Numbered from the stretch's first letter, positions 30,024 to 38,870 are shown. The stretch: DNA of 64,000 nt from Verrucomicrobiota bacterium (GCA_049510745.1 JBEKYR010000012.1:1-64000), one strand, 5' to 3'. The notes: generated by a model not told the origin, from the sequence alone. A program made the numbers and translations.

Positions 30024-30806
30024 ATGAAGGTCAATGTTCGCCACCTCAGCCGCCGACGGTTTTTGCTCCTCGCCGTGCTGGCCTCGCCGGCGCTGGTTTG
30101 CGCCGACGCCAAATGGCTTGAGCCGCAGTGGGTCAAGGTGCGCTCCATCAAGTTGACCGGCGGGAAGCCGTCTCATCGGATCATCCATATCACCGACATT
30201 CATCATAAGGGAGACCGGCCTTACCTGGAATCGGTCGTGCGCAAAATCAACGCCCTTTCACCCGACGCGGTTTGCTTTACCGGGGATTTGATCGAAAGGA
30301 AAGAGTTCGTGGCGGACGCACTGCGCATCCTGGAGGGCGTCAAATCGCCGCTTTACGGCGTGCCGGGCAATCACGATTACTGGAGTCACGCGGTTTTTGA
30401 CGACTTCAGAAACTCCTTCGCCCGCACCGGCGGAGCGTGGTTGATGGACTCGCAAGCGACGATCGCGGGCGGGAAAATCCAGATCGCCGGGGCGACTTGC
30501 TTGCGTGGCGCGCCCGCCGCGCTTGCGCCGAGGGCGGGCGCGAAGAACATCTTGCTCTTGCACTATCCGCTGCTGGCAGAACGAGTCGGGAACAAGTTCG
30601 ATCTCATGCTGGCAGGGCATTCGCATGGCGGGCAGGTGCGCATTCCATTTTACGGCGCGTTGGTTTTGCCGTATTGGGTGGGCCGGTACCAGGTCGGGAT
30701 GTTTCGCCTTGCGGCGGGGCCGCTTTATGTCAATCCCGGCCTGGGCTGGCTGGTCACGCCGATTCGTTTCAATTGCCGCCCGGAAATCACCGTCTTTGAA
30801 ATATGA
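30024..30806 (+). CDS. Metallophosphoesterase (YkuE-like), possible Tat signal
   Basis: SRRRFL; TDIH, TGD, GNHD, LLHYP, GHSHGGQ. Confidence 0.9.
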   Translation: MKVNVRHLSRRRFLLLAVLASPALVCADAKWLEPQWVKVRSIKLTGGKPSHRIIHITDIHHKGDRPYLESVVRKINALSPDAVCFTGDLIERKEFVADALRILEGVKSPLYGVPGNHDYWSHAVFDDFRNSFARTGGAWLMDSQATIAGGKIQIAGATCLRGAPAALAPRAGAKNILLLHYPLLAERVGNKFDLMLAGHSHGGQVRIPFYGALVLPYWVGRYQVGMFRLAAGPLYVNPGLGWLVTPIRFNCRPEITVFEI

Positions 30807-30820
30807 AAGAATGCGCCCTT

Positions 30821-30862
30821 TGGCCTTTAGCTTTCAGCTTTTAGCCTTTAGCCTTTAGCCTT
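30821..30862. repeat. 7-bp tandem repeat (TAGCCTT / CAGCTTT)
   Basis: About 6 copies, inverse orientation of the 21590 type. Confidence 0.75.
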
Positions 30863-30866
30863 GACT

Positions 30867-31964
30867 ATGGCGGCGCCCATCAATTTGAGCAAACTGAAGG
30901 TCTTTCCGCTCGCGCAACGCGACAGCCTGGCGCGGTTGGAGGACATTTTGATCGCGCCAGATTCCGCGCCGCCGCCCTGCCCGGCGTCGAAGCTCGGGGT
31001 GATTCGTCAGTGCGCTCGTCATATCGCCCAAGCCCGCAAAAACAAGGCCGGCGTCCTGCTCATCTTCGGCGCGCATCTCATCAAGAACGGCGCGGCCTCG
31101 ATTCTTCTGCGCCTCTTGCAAGGGGATTGGGTCACGCACCTGGCCACCAACGGCGCCGGCGCGATTCACGATTGGGAGTTTGCCTTCGCCGGCGTCTCGA
31201 CCGAGAGCGTCAAGGATAATGTGGCGGCGGGAACTTTTGGCGCCTGGGCGGAGACGGGCCGCAACATTCACCTGGCGCTGCTGGCGGGCGGCGTGGCGGG
31301 CGAGGGGTTCGGCCGCGCCTTGGGCAGGTTTGTCAGCCAGGACGGCGTCCGGCTTCCGGCCATCAAGACGCTGGAGGCCGCGCTGAAGAAGGCGCCGGCC
31401 CACGCCCTCTCGGCGGCGCGGGCTGAATTGCTTCACGCCATGCGGGTCCATCGCCTGGCCCCCGGACGCCATGTGGTGGCGCACCGGTGGAAGGAAACCA
31501 GCGTGCTGGGGCAAAGTTTCAACCTGAACGTTCCCCTGACGGTCCACCCCGGCATCGGCTACGACATCATTTCCAATCATCCGATGTTCAACGGGGCCGC
31601 GATTGGCCGGGCGGCCGAGGCGGATTTTCGCCTTTTTGGCGGGGCGGTGGAGGAATTGGACGGCGGCGTGGTGCTGTCCATCGGATCGGCCGTCATGGGG
31701 CCGCAAGTGTTCGAGAAGAGCCTCAGTTGTGTCAATAATATAAGATTGCAGGCCGGCCGGCCCGTGGTCCGCGGGCATCACATCTACGTGATTGACCTGC
31801 AGGACGGCGGCGGCTGGGACTGGACGCGGGGCGAGCCGCCCAGGGACAACCCCGCCTACTACCTGCGTTTCTGCAAAAGCTACTCCCGCATGGGCGGCGT
31901 GATGACCAGCCTGCAAGTCGATAACGTCGTCTTTCTGCGCCATTTGTTGCGGGAACTGGGTTGA
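30867..31964 (+). CDS. Conserved hypothetical protein, possibly deoxyhypusine-synthase-like fold
   Basis: GAHLIKNG, HLATNGAGAIHDWE, IGSAVMGPQVFEK; fold is inference. Confidence 0.65.
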   Translation: MAAPINLSKLKVFPLAQRDSLARLEDILIAPDSAPPPCPASKLGVIRQCARHIAQARKNKAGVLLIFGAHLIKNGAASILLRLLQGDWVTHLATNGAGAIHDWEFAFAGVSTESVKDNVAAGTFGAWAETGRNIHLALLAGGVAGEGFGRALGRFVSQDGVRLPAIKTLEAALKKAPAHALSAARAELLHAMRVHRLAPGRHVVAHRWKETSVLGQSFNLNVPLTVHPGIGYDIISNHPMFNGAAIGRAAEADFRLFGGAVEELDGGVVLSIGSAVMGPQVFEKSLSCVNNIRLQAGRPVVRGHHIYVIDLQDGGGWDWTRGEPPRDNPAYYLRFCKSYSRMGGVMTSLQVDNVVFLRHLLRELG

Positions 31965-32031
31965 TCTTTGGACCATTTGACATTAGGGGTTGTTTTTTTT
32001 TGTGAAGGGGTCATTATCGCGCCATTCTTGG

Positions 32032-33402
32032 ATGAAAACCGCCTTGCTGATCGACGAGGACCGGGTCATGCGTCACTCGCTGGCTCAGTGGTTGCGCCAG
32101 GCGGGATGGAACGTCCTCGAAGCCGATGAGGGGGCCACGGGCCTGTCCCTGGCCCTGGAACAAAAGCCCGCCCTCATCCTGTGCGATTTGCTGGCGCCGC
32201 TTTACACCGGATTTCAGCTCTGCCGCTTTCTCCGCACCAAACCCGAAAAGCTCCCCGGCACCAGAATCGTCGTCACCGCCAGCAGCGGGTACGGCGTGGA
32301 CCGGGAGACGGCCTTCCAGGCGGGCGCCGATGACTGCATGGTCAAACCGATTCTGCAATCCGACCTGCTCCGCCTGCTCAAAACGCTCGAAAGCGCGCCC
32401 GGCGAAACACAATCGACCGCCCGCCCCGCCCAGGCGGAGCGCGGCGCGGGGGATTTTTCGCCGTTGCCGCTCGAAGCGGCGCCCGAGGGCCAGGCGCTGG
32501 TGCGATTCTGGGGTGTGCGCGGCTCCATCGCCACGCCGGGCGCCTCGACCCTGCATTATGGCGGCAACACGGCCTGCGTGGAGGTCCGGGCCGACGGCCA
32601 GTTGGTTGTGTTGGACGCCGGCACGGGGATTCGGCCGCTGGGCTTGCGCCTGGCGGGGGAATTCAAGGACGTGCCGCTGTGCTTGACGCTGCTGATCAGT
32701 CACACCCATTGGGACCACATCCAGGGCCTGCCGTTCTTCGGCGCGGCTTACAATCCAAGAAACCGGCTGCAGATTCTGGGCTACGAGGGCGCGCGGGCGG
32801 GGTTGCAGGCCGCCTTGTCCAGCCAGATGGAAAGCCCCTATTTTCCGGTCGGCTGGCAGCAATTGCCCGGCAACATCGTCCTGCAAGAACTCAAGCAGCC
32901 GCAATTCTACATCGGTCCCATCCGCGTGGATACCATGTACCTCAATCATCCGGGCGTCTGTGTCGGTTACCGTCTCAACACCAGCGCGGGGTCCGTCGCC
33001 TACCTGCCGGACAACGAACCGTTTCAGCGTTACAAGTATCACGCCGACCCGAAGGCCCAGCACGGTTCGACGGAAATCCTGCAATTCGCGCGGCGCATGG
33101 ACCAAAAGCTGGGCGATTTCATCCACGGCGCCGATGTCCTCATCATCGACGCGCAATACGATTTGGAGGAATACCAAACGCGCGTCGGCTGGGGCCACGG
33201 CTGCGTCGATGACGTGGTGGCGCTGGCCTTGAACGCCAACGTCAAACGCCTCTATCTCTTTCACCACGATCCGAGCCACGACGACGCCAAAATTTCCAGC
33301 ATGGTGGAGTGGGCGCGGCAATTTGTGGCCGCCTTGGGCGAAAAGCTGACGGTGGAAGCCGCCCGCGAAGGACAGGAATGCGTTTTGAAGGCGGCCCGGT
33401 AA
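32032..33402 (+). CDS. Response-regulator receiver fused to MBL-fold metallohydrolase
   Basis: REC (LIDED, LCD, KP); FWGVRGS, YGGNTAC, SHTHWDHIQG, WGHG, FHHDP. Confidence 0.88.
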   Translation: MKTALLIDEDRVMRHSLAQWLRQAGWNVLEADEGATGLSLALEQKPALILCDLLAPLYTGFQLCRFLRTKPEKLPGTRIVVTASSGYGVDRETAFQAGADDCMVKPILQSDLLRLLKTLESAPGETQSTARPAQAERGAGDFSPLPLEAAPEGQALVRFWGVRGSIATPGASTLHYGGNTACVEVRADGQLVVLDAGTGIRPLGLRLAGEFKDVPLCLTLLISHTHWDHIQGLPFFGAAYNPRNRLQILGYEGARAGLQAALSSQMESPYFPVGWQQLPGNIVLQELKQPQFYIGPIRVDTMYLNHPGVCVGYRLNTSAGSVAYLPDNEPFQRYKYHADPKAQHGSTEILQFARRMDQKLGDFIHGADVLIIDAQYDLEEYQTRVGWGHGCVDDVVALALNANVKRLYLFHHDPSHDDAKISSMVEWARQFVAALGEKLTVEAAREGQECVLKAAR

Positions 33403-33437
33403 CGGGCCGTTTTTAGGGCTTCCGGGACATTGGCGGA

Positions 33438-33465
33438 TTTCGCGTGGTTCGGGTATTTCGCGGTT
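33438..33465. repeat. 9-bp periodic repeat
   Basis: TTTCGCGTG GTTCGGGTA TTTCGCGGTT. Confidence 0.6.
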
Positions 33466-33747
33466 GACCCGGTTTGCCCGCTGCTGCGCTCGTCAGAAAA
33501 GGACAATCAAATACGACGATGCCATTAACCAAGCCCTTTATCCTTCACGGTTAGCATATCTGGACGCGGTGTGAAACGAAGCGGCTGCCCTGGCCTCCAA
33601 GGGTTGCTTGAAGATGAACTGTGGCCGGATGAAATTGAAGGAAGGACAGTCAAATACGTCGCCCCTGCGCTGTTCTGCGGACCTTTGAGATAATGCGTTG
33701 GAGCTTGACTTTGGGGGCTGGCAGCGACATTGTCACAGTACAAGTTT

Positions 33748-34044
33748 ATGCGTACACTCCAAGAACATATTGATGATCTCGACCGTATGGTTGATGGCGG
33801 CGCTGAGAAACCAAAAGTGCGAAGCCAGATTGCCTTCATTGGGCGCGAGGTAGCCGCGCTTGAGGCAGATTATGCTCGTCTTGCAGAGGCGCATTCGAAG
33901 CTCCAAGCAACCCATTCTGAACTTGAGGCACAGCACACGGCACTCAAGGACGGGAAGCGCAAGGCCGGTTGGGATGCCCTTCAGAAGCAGGCGGATGATT
34001 ATGAGCGAATTGTCCGTAGCAAGGACTTGGACTATGGTGCGTAA
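33748..34044 (+). CDS. Small coiled-coil hypothetical protein
   Basis: Heptad pattern LEADYARLAEAHSKLQATHSELEAQH; lower-GC region. Confidence 0.6.
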   Translation: MRTLQEHIDDLDRMVDGGAEKPKVRSQIAFIGREVAALEADYARLAEAHSKLQATHSELEAQHTALKDGKRKAGWDALQKQADDYERIVRSKDLDYGA

Positions 34045-34074
34045 TAATTATTAGGACTGCTGGAGGACTTCAGC

Positions 34075-34524
34075 ATGAGCGCAATAACACTACAACCGTC
34101 GAACAAGACAGTGGGAGGCTGGCTAATCGCGCTCATTCTCTGGTTCGGCTTTTGGATACCTGCCGGTGTTCAAGGGGATACGGCGACCATTAAGATGTTT
34201 TTTGCTCCTGTTGTCAACCAGTCTCCAAGGTTGCGCACAGTGTCCAGCATATGCAGTTTGCTGTTATGGCTTACTGCAATTGTCAGCGTTTGTTCCGCGT
34301 ACGTTTTGGCTTTCAGGAAGCCAGCAGCCGTCATTATTGCGAAACGCGGCTTGATTGTAATAACGGTTGCGCGGTTGTGCTTAATGGTAGGCGTTCTACT
34401 ATTGGCGCAGCCTGCTTTACGGGACATTCCATTTGGTGTTTTGGCTAGTCCGCTGATCTGGCTGGCAATCTGGTACACTTATCTGGTTCGTTCCAAAAGA
34501 GTAAAGGAAACATATGTGCTTTAA
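34075..34524 (+). CDS. DUF2569-like membrane protein
   Basis: GGAGG RBS; N-terminal GGWL, 4 TM segments, C-terminal YLVRSKRVKETY. Confidence 0.7.
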   Translation: MSAITLQPSNKTVGGWLIALILWFGFWIPAGVQGDTATIKMFFAPVVNQSPRLRTVSSICSLLLWLTAIVSVCSAYVLAFRKPAAVIIAKRGLIVITVARLCLMVGVLLLAQPALRDIPFGVLASPLIWLAIWYTYLVRSKRVKETYVL

Positions 34525-34613
34525 GACCGCCCTGGAGCCAACGCCGATTGGGCCTTGCGTTCAGTTTTTGGGGCGTTGCGTTTTGTCGCGGTGTGGCTCA
34601 ACTGTGGTTTATA
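34519..34613 (+). mobile_element. Degenerate attC-like integron cassette recombination site
   Basis: CTTTAAG-5 nt-CCTGGAGCCAACGCCG ... CGGTGTGGCTCAAC-4 nt-GTTTATA; both R boxes are imperfect. Confidence 0.45.
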
Positions 34614-34626
34614 ACTCTTTGCCACC

Positions 34627-35223
34627 ATGCCACAAACTTTAAGTACAGTGAAGCAGGATGAATTCCTTGAAGACATTGTCCAAACGACGCTGGACAATTT
34701 CAGCATGGCTTGGCATTTGGTTTCTTTGCTCATTGCCTATAAGAGAGCGAATCTTCCGCTCCCGGCCGCGACAATCTATTTACAGGGTCAAGGGCCTCCG
34801 GCCCATATACCCGGTACGAATTGCGGGTTCTTTGCTATACCCGTTATTCATATGGCGATTTTTGATTGCCGACGCTCTTTGGAGTTTTTCGGTTTGACAT
34901 GCAATCACGACACGAATCGGCTAACGGCGATCAGACGCCGTCGCTCCGATGACCTTGGGATTGAACATTTCGCATTAGCTCGGGTGACTCCCTCGCAGTT
35001 CGTTGAGGCAACGTCCACGGTGATTTGTGGTCAAGTTGAGCCGATTGTTGTGGACGTTCACAAATATGGCAACAAGCGCCTTGCACATTCCACGATGTCA
35101 GAATCCACCGTCATGCTTCCGGCCATTCGTGACATGTCAATTGTCCTGATTGAAGCCCACATGCGACTCCTCTTCGAGGCACTCGGACGGCCACGGCCAA
35201 GTATCAACCCATCTCCGATTTAA
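34627..35223 (+). CDS. Hypothetical protein, weakly HEPN-like
   Basis: 198-aa ORF; CRRSLEFF and GNKRLAH motifs. Confidence 0.55.
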   Translation: MPQTLSTVKQDEFLEDIVQTTLDNFSMAWHLVSLLIAYKRANLPLPAATIYLQGQGPPAHIPGTNCGFFAIPVIHMAIFDCRRSLEFFGLTCNHDTNRLTAIRRRRSDDLGIEHFALARVTPSQFVEATSTVICGQVEPIVVDVHKYGNKRLAHSTMSESTVMLPAIRDMSIVLIEAHMRLLFEALGRPRPSINPSPI

Positions 35224-35289
35224 AACACACAATCCAAAATGAGGGGTCAAGCCCGGAATTCGCGGTACGTTTACGGGGTCAAATTTGCG

Positions 35290-35601
35290 TCAGACGCGCT
35301 CATACACGGGAAACAACTCGTCCTTGACGCGGCCAAGAAGCAGCGGATGCAACCGCGAACAAAAATCCACCTTGCGTCCGATGATGGCCGCCAGTTCCTC
35401 GCCATAGCCGAAGTATTGGAAGCCGACGCTTTTCAATACCCCCGGCTCAAATTCCGCCAGCACGTCCACGTCGCTGCGCCGCGGATCGAAATCCGGGTGC
35501 AACACCGAACCGAACAAGCTCAATTTGCGAATACCGCGTTCCCGACAGAAACGCGCGATTTGCTCGCGGTCAATCTGAATGGGCAATTCGGCAACACTCA
35601 T
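35290..35601 (-). CDS. MNT-type minimal nucleotidyltransferase (MntA-like antitoxin)
   Basis: IARFCRERGIRKLSLFGSV..SDVDVLAEF..GRKVD. Confidence 0.88.
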   Translation of the reverse strand: MSVAELPIQIDREQIARFCRERGIRKLSLFGSVLHPDFDPRRSDVDVLAEFEPGVLKSVGFQYFGYGEELAAIIGRKVDFCSRLHPLLLGRVKDELFPVYERV

Positions 35602-35687
35602 GCGGACACGGTCGCTGAAATAAGAGAATTTGGCAACTGCTGAACCGGTTCCCTGATCCTCGCGGAACGAAAGGACGGCTGCGGATC

Positions 35688-35826
35688 GGGGAGCACACGC
35701 GCCCTCGCGTGTCGCCATTGGCGCCCTCGCCGATGGCATCAGCAAATTCCATAGGAAGTGTATAAGATTCAAAGATGTGGCCGGCGAGGGCGCCAGCCAC
35801 GACACGCGAGGGCGCGTGTACTCCCC
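35688..35826. repeat. REPIN-like long inverted repeat
   Basis: 45-bp arms GGGGAGCACACGCGCCCTCGCGTGTCG-N4-TGGCGCCCTCGCCG (35688-35732) and inverse (35782-35826). Confidence 0.85.
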
Positions 35827-35867
35827 TGCATGTTTCGCGCCCGTCTTAGCCGAGGATTTGGGCGGTT

Positions 35868-36803
35868 TTAGAGCGAGGCGAAGATCTTCTCCAGGAAAAT
35901 GCGGTTGGCGCGCGCCCCGCCGGTCACTTCCTGGAACGTCCGGCCCCCCGCCCCTTCGACGAAGGTCGGGCCGTTGAAACCGGCTTTCTTCAATTCCTTA
36001 TACACGGCGGAAAAATCGACCTTGCCCGTCCCGAATTGGATCATCACGTCGCCCTTGGGCTGCGCGCAATCCTTGGCGCAAAAGCCGGTCACGTGCCCGG
36101 CGATGGGTTTCAATTCCTCAACCGGGTCTTTGCCGGTGTAATAGATGATGTTGCCGGCGTCGTACCAGATTTTAAAATTGGGCCGGTTGACTTCCTTGAG
36201 GCAGCGCAGGATTTCCCCGGACGCCCCGCTGCCGCCCCCGTGGGGCTTGAGCACCAGCTTGATTTTCCGTTCCTGCGCGTAATCGGCGGCATCGGCCATC
36301 GTCCGGTAAAATTTCCCGTAGTCCTCCTCGTGATCGGCGCCGAAGGTCAGCAGCCATTGCAGGTTCAGGAACCGGGCGTGCTCGATTTGCCGCCGCACCT
36401 GCCGGATGGCGTCCGGCAGCGACAGGGCAAAGTCAATGCGCAGCGCCCCCATCGTCGCCGTCAAACCGGCGGCGGCGACGCGCCTCTTGAGGTCCGCCAG
36501 ATAAGTGTCGGTCGCGTCGGCGGCGATGAACGGTTCTTCGGGCATGCTGGTCAACAAGCCCGCCACCGCGTAGCCGGCTTCCCGCATGCCTTTGAGCGCG
36601 GCGTCAAACCCCCAATTCGCCGGTTGCGGAGTCGTGACCGGCTGCGGTTGGTGGCCGAACTTCTGCATCCAGGGCCGGTTGAAACATCCAATGGGCCAGG
36701 AAACCCCCGCCGCGGAAGCGTCCAGCAGACTTATCGTGGCGGTGGCGGCCGCGGCCGCGGCGGATTTGACAAACGTTCGACGGGACAAATTGGATGCATT
36801 CAT
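35868..36803 (-). CDS. Sugar phosphate isomerase/epimerase (xylose isomerase-like TIM barrel), Tat signal
   Basis: SRRTFVK; KPHGG, WYDAGN, FCAKD, GTGKVDF. Confidence 0.85.
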   Translation of the reverse strand: MNASNLSRRTFVKSAAAAAATATISLLDASAAGVSWPIGCFNRPWMQKFGHQPQPVTTPQPANWGFDAALKGMREAGYAVAGLLTSMPEEPFIAADATDTYLADLKRRVAAAGLTATMGALRIDFALSLPDAIRQVRRQIEHARFLNLQWLLTFGADHEEDYGKFYRTMADAADYAQERKIKLVLKPHGGGSGASGEILRCLKEVNRPNFKIWYDAGNIIYYTGKDPVEELKPIAGHVTGFCAKDCAQPKGDVMIQFGTGKVDFSAVYKELKKAGFNGPTFVEGAGGRTFQEVTGGARANRIFLEKIFASL

Positions 36804-37050
36804 CTTTCAGGCGCGCCATAGTGCCAAAGCGCGGGACAAAGGCCACATTATTCGAATACTTCTATAATTGACAACACGGTATCTCCTCCAGGCGGGAAGA
36901 TTGGCATGGCGGATGCTCACTTTGAAGCATGGACACGAAACACGCTGAAAAGGGCAGGAATTGGATGGATTGGGGCAGAGAACGTCTGGATTTGGGACGT
37001 TGCCCGAAGACGCGAGGCTGGGCGGCCACTGGCACTCAGGGGAGGTCACT

Positions 37051-37713
37051 ATGAGTTACTCCATCGTCATGAGCTCCATCGCCGGGGTGCTGCAATTCAT
37101 CGTGGCGGGTTATGCCCTCCGTCTGAACCGGCTCTTTGGGACGGCCCGCGTGGGCTGGTCGCTCTTCTGCGCCTTCGCGCTGCTGGCGCTGCTCCATCTG
37201 TTTCAAGCCGTCCATTTGCCCGGTGGCGGAGAGCAATTCCCCCTTGGGATTGAGGTCATCTACTCGCTCATTTCTTTTCTGTTGCTGACCGGCATGCTGC
37301 ACATGGAAGCCTTGCTCAAAGAGCGGCTGCGGCTGGAGCGGGTCGAAAAGGAAGTGCGCTCGGAACTGGAATCCATGGTCAAACAGAAGACGGCGCACCT
37401 GACCAGGGCGATTGAGGAATTGATGCGCGAGATGGATGAACGCGGACGCGTCGAGGCCGAAGTCGCGCAAACGCACGAAAGACTTCTCGCCGCCTTGCGT
37501 CAAGCCACGATGGCGGAGGTCGCCACGAGCGAGTCGCAAAACGCGGGCCTCACGCTGGCCGGCGCTGAAATGCCCGCCCGTCTGGTTTCCGACCAGGTGA
37601 AGCCATCCAAAATCGCGACTGCCGTCCCATCGTCTTCCCCTGCCGTCCAGGCGCAACGAAAGCGCCCCTCTTGTTGTTCCGCGCCCTGGCATCGCGCCGG
37701 ATTGACGTGTTGA
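37051..37713 (+). CDS. Membrane protein resembling a truncated, His-less sensor kinase
   Basis: GGAGGT RBS; 3 TM, coiled coil, RQATMAEVATS-ESQNAG..LVSDQVKPSKI; no HATPase domain. Confidence 0.6.
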   Translation: MSYSIVMSSIAGVLQFIVAGYALRLNRLFGTARVGWSLFCAFALLALLHLFQAVHLPGGGEQFPLGIEVIYSLISFLLLTGMLHMEALLKERLRLERVEKEVRSELESMVKQKTAHLTRAIEELMREMDERGRVEAEVAQTHERLLAALRQATMAEVATSESQNAGLTLAGAEMPARLVSDQVKPSKIATAVPSSSPAVQAQRKRPSCCSAPWHRAGLTC

Positions 37714-37738
37714 AGGAACAAGGGCGGTTGGTTAATCC

Positions 37739-37960
37739 TCATTTGCCCTCAAACGCCTGGAATACGTCTTCCGACAACGGAGCGTTGAAGTCATCCGGCA
37801 CGATGAACTGGCCCTTTGCCAAACCAATCGGGCGCGGCTGGGAAGGCGGCGGCGGATTCAGAATGGTGAGCAGGCCGGATGCTTTCTCCGGCAGGGCCTC
37901 GGCGCCTTTCGGTAAAACGCGCCCGTGGTCGATTTCGACTTCCAGTGTCCGATAGCTCAT
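37739..37960 (-). CDS. Antitoxin-like protein (VapB/DUF2281-type C-terminus)
   Basis: RPIGLAKGQFIVPDDFNAPLSEDVFQAFEG; TTGCAG-17-TAACTT promoter at 37967-37995. Confidence 0.75.
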   Translation of the reverse strand: MSYRTLEVEIDHGRVLPKGAEALPEKASGLLTILNPPPPSQPRPIGLAKGQFIVPDDFNAPLSEDVFQAFEGK

Positions 37961-38156
37961 GGCATGAAGTTACACTTGGACTCGCATGGCTGCAAGATCG
38001 CTTCTGGGCCGTTGGCGCCCGGCTTCAACGGTTATGCGCCCACACTGACTCCCCCGGCGCCGGAGGGCCGCTTTGCGATTGCCGTTGTTTTGCCTTTTGA
38101 CTTTTTGCCTCTCCGGGGCAACGCTCAGTCAGGACATCGGAATAATTGACAACGTC

Positions 38157-38792
38157 ATGAAGATCGAAACCCGCTCCGAATACACGCGCGGTGCATTGGA
38201 CCGGGCCAGCCTCAAGCCCAGCCCGCTGGACCAGTTTGCCCTTTGGTTTCAGCAGGCGATGGACGCCAACATCGTTGAGCCAAACGCCATGAGCCTGGCC
38301 ACAACGGGGGCCGATCAGCGGCCCCTGGCACGCACGGTCCTGCTGAAAATCTACGATGAGCGCGGTTTCGTCTTTTTCACCAATCTCGAAAGCCGCAAGG
38401 CCCGCCAGATCGCGGAGAACCCCAACGTTTCCCTGCTTTTTCCCTGGCTGGCTCTGGAACGCCAGGTCATCGTCTGCGGCTCGGCGGAGAAGGTCTCCAC
38501 CGCCGAAACGCTGGCCTATTTCATCACCCGCCCGCGCGGCAGCCAACTGGGCGCCTGGGTCTCGGCGCAAAGCTCGGTCATCACGACCCGTTCGCTGCTG
38601 GAGCAGAAATGGGAGGAAATGAAGCGCAAATTCGGCGAGGGCGAGGTGCCCCTTCCCTCCTTTTGGGGCGGCTACCGCGTCGTCCCCCGCGAAATCGAGT
38701 TCTGGCAAGGCCGTCCCAGCCGCTTGCACGACCGCTTTCTTTACACCCGCCAACCCGACGGCTCCTGGACCATCGACCGCCTGGCCCCGTGA
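38157..38792 (+). CDS. pdxH: Pyridoxamine 5'-phosphate oxidase
   Basis: [32 protein letters not shown]. Confidence 0.96.
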   Translation: MKIETRSEYTRGALDRASLKPSPLDQFALWFQQAMDANIVEPNAMSLATTGADQRPLARTVLLKIYDERGFVFFTNLESRKARQIAENPNVSLLFPWLALERQVIVCGSAEKVSTAETLAYFITRPRGSQLGAWVSAQSSVITTRSLLEQKWEEMKRKFGEGEVPLPSFWGGYRVVPREIEFWQGRPSRLHDRFLYTRQPDGSWTIDRLAP

Positions 38793-38827
38793 GCGGGCTG
38801 TCTGTGATTCCTAATCCGTTATGAAAG

Positions 38828-38870
38828 AAACGGATGGGACGGAAGGGACAAAAAGGACGAAAGGGACATC
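38828..38870. repeat. 9-bp periodic repeat (GGGACNAAA-like)
   Basis: GGGACGGAA GGGACAAAA AGGACGAAA GGGACAT. Confidence 0.6.

Noticed and set aside
34096..34115. Second attC start (GTCGAACAAGACAGTGG)
   Set aside because: Lies inside the DUF2569-like coding sequence with no matching right arm
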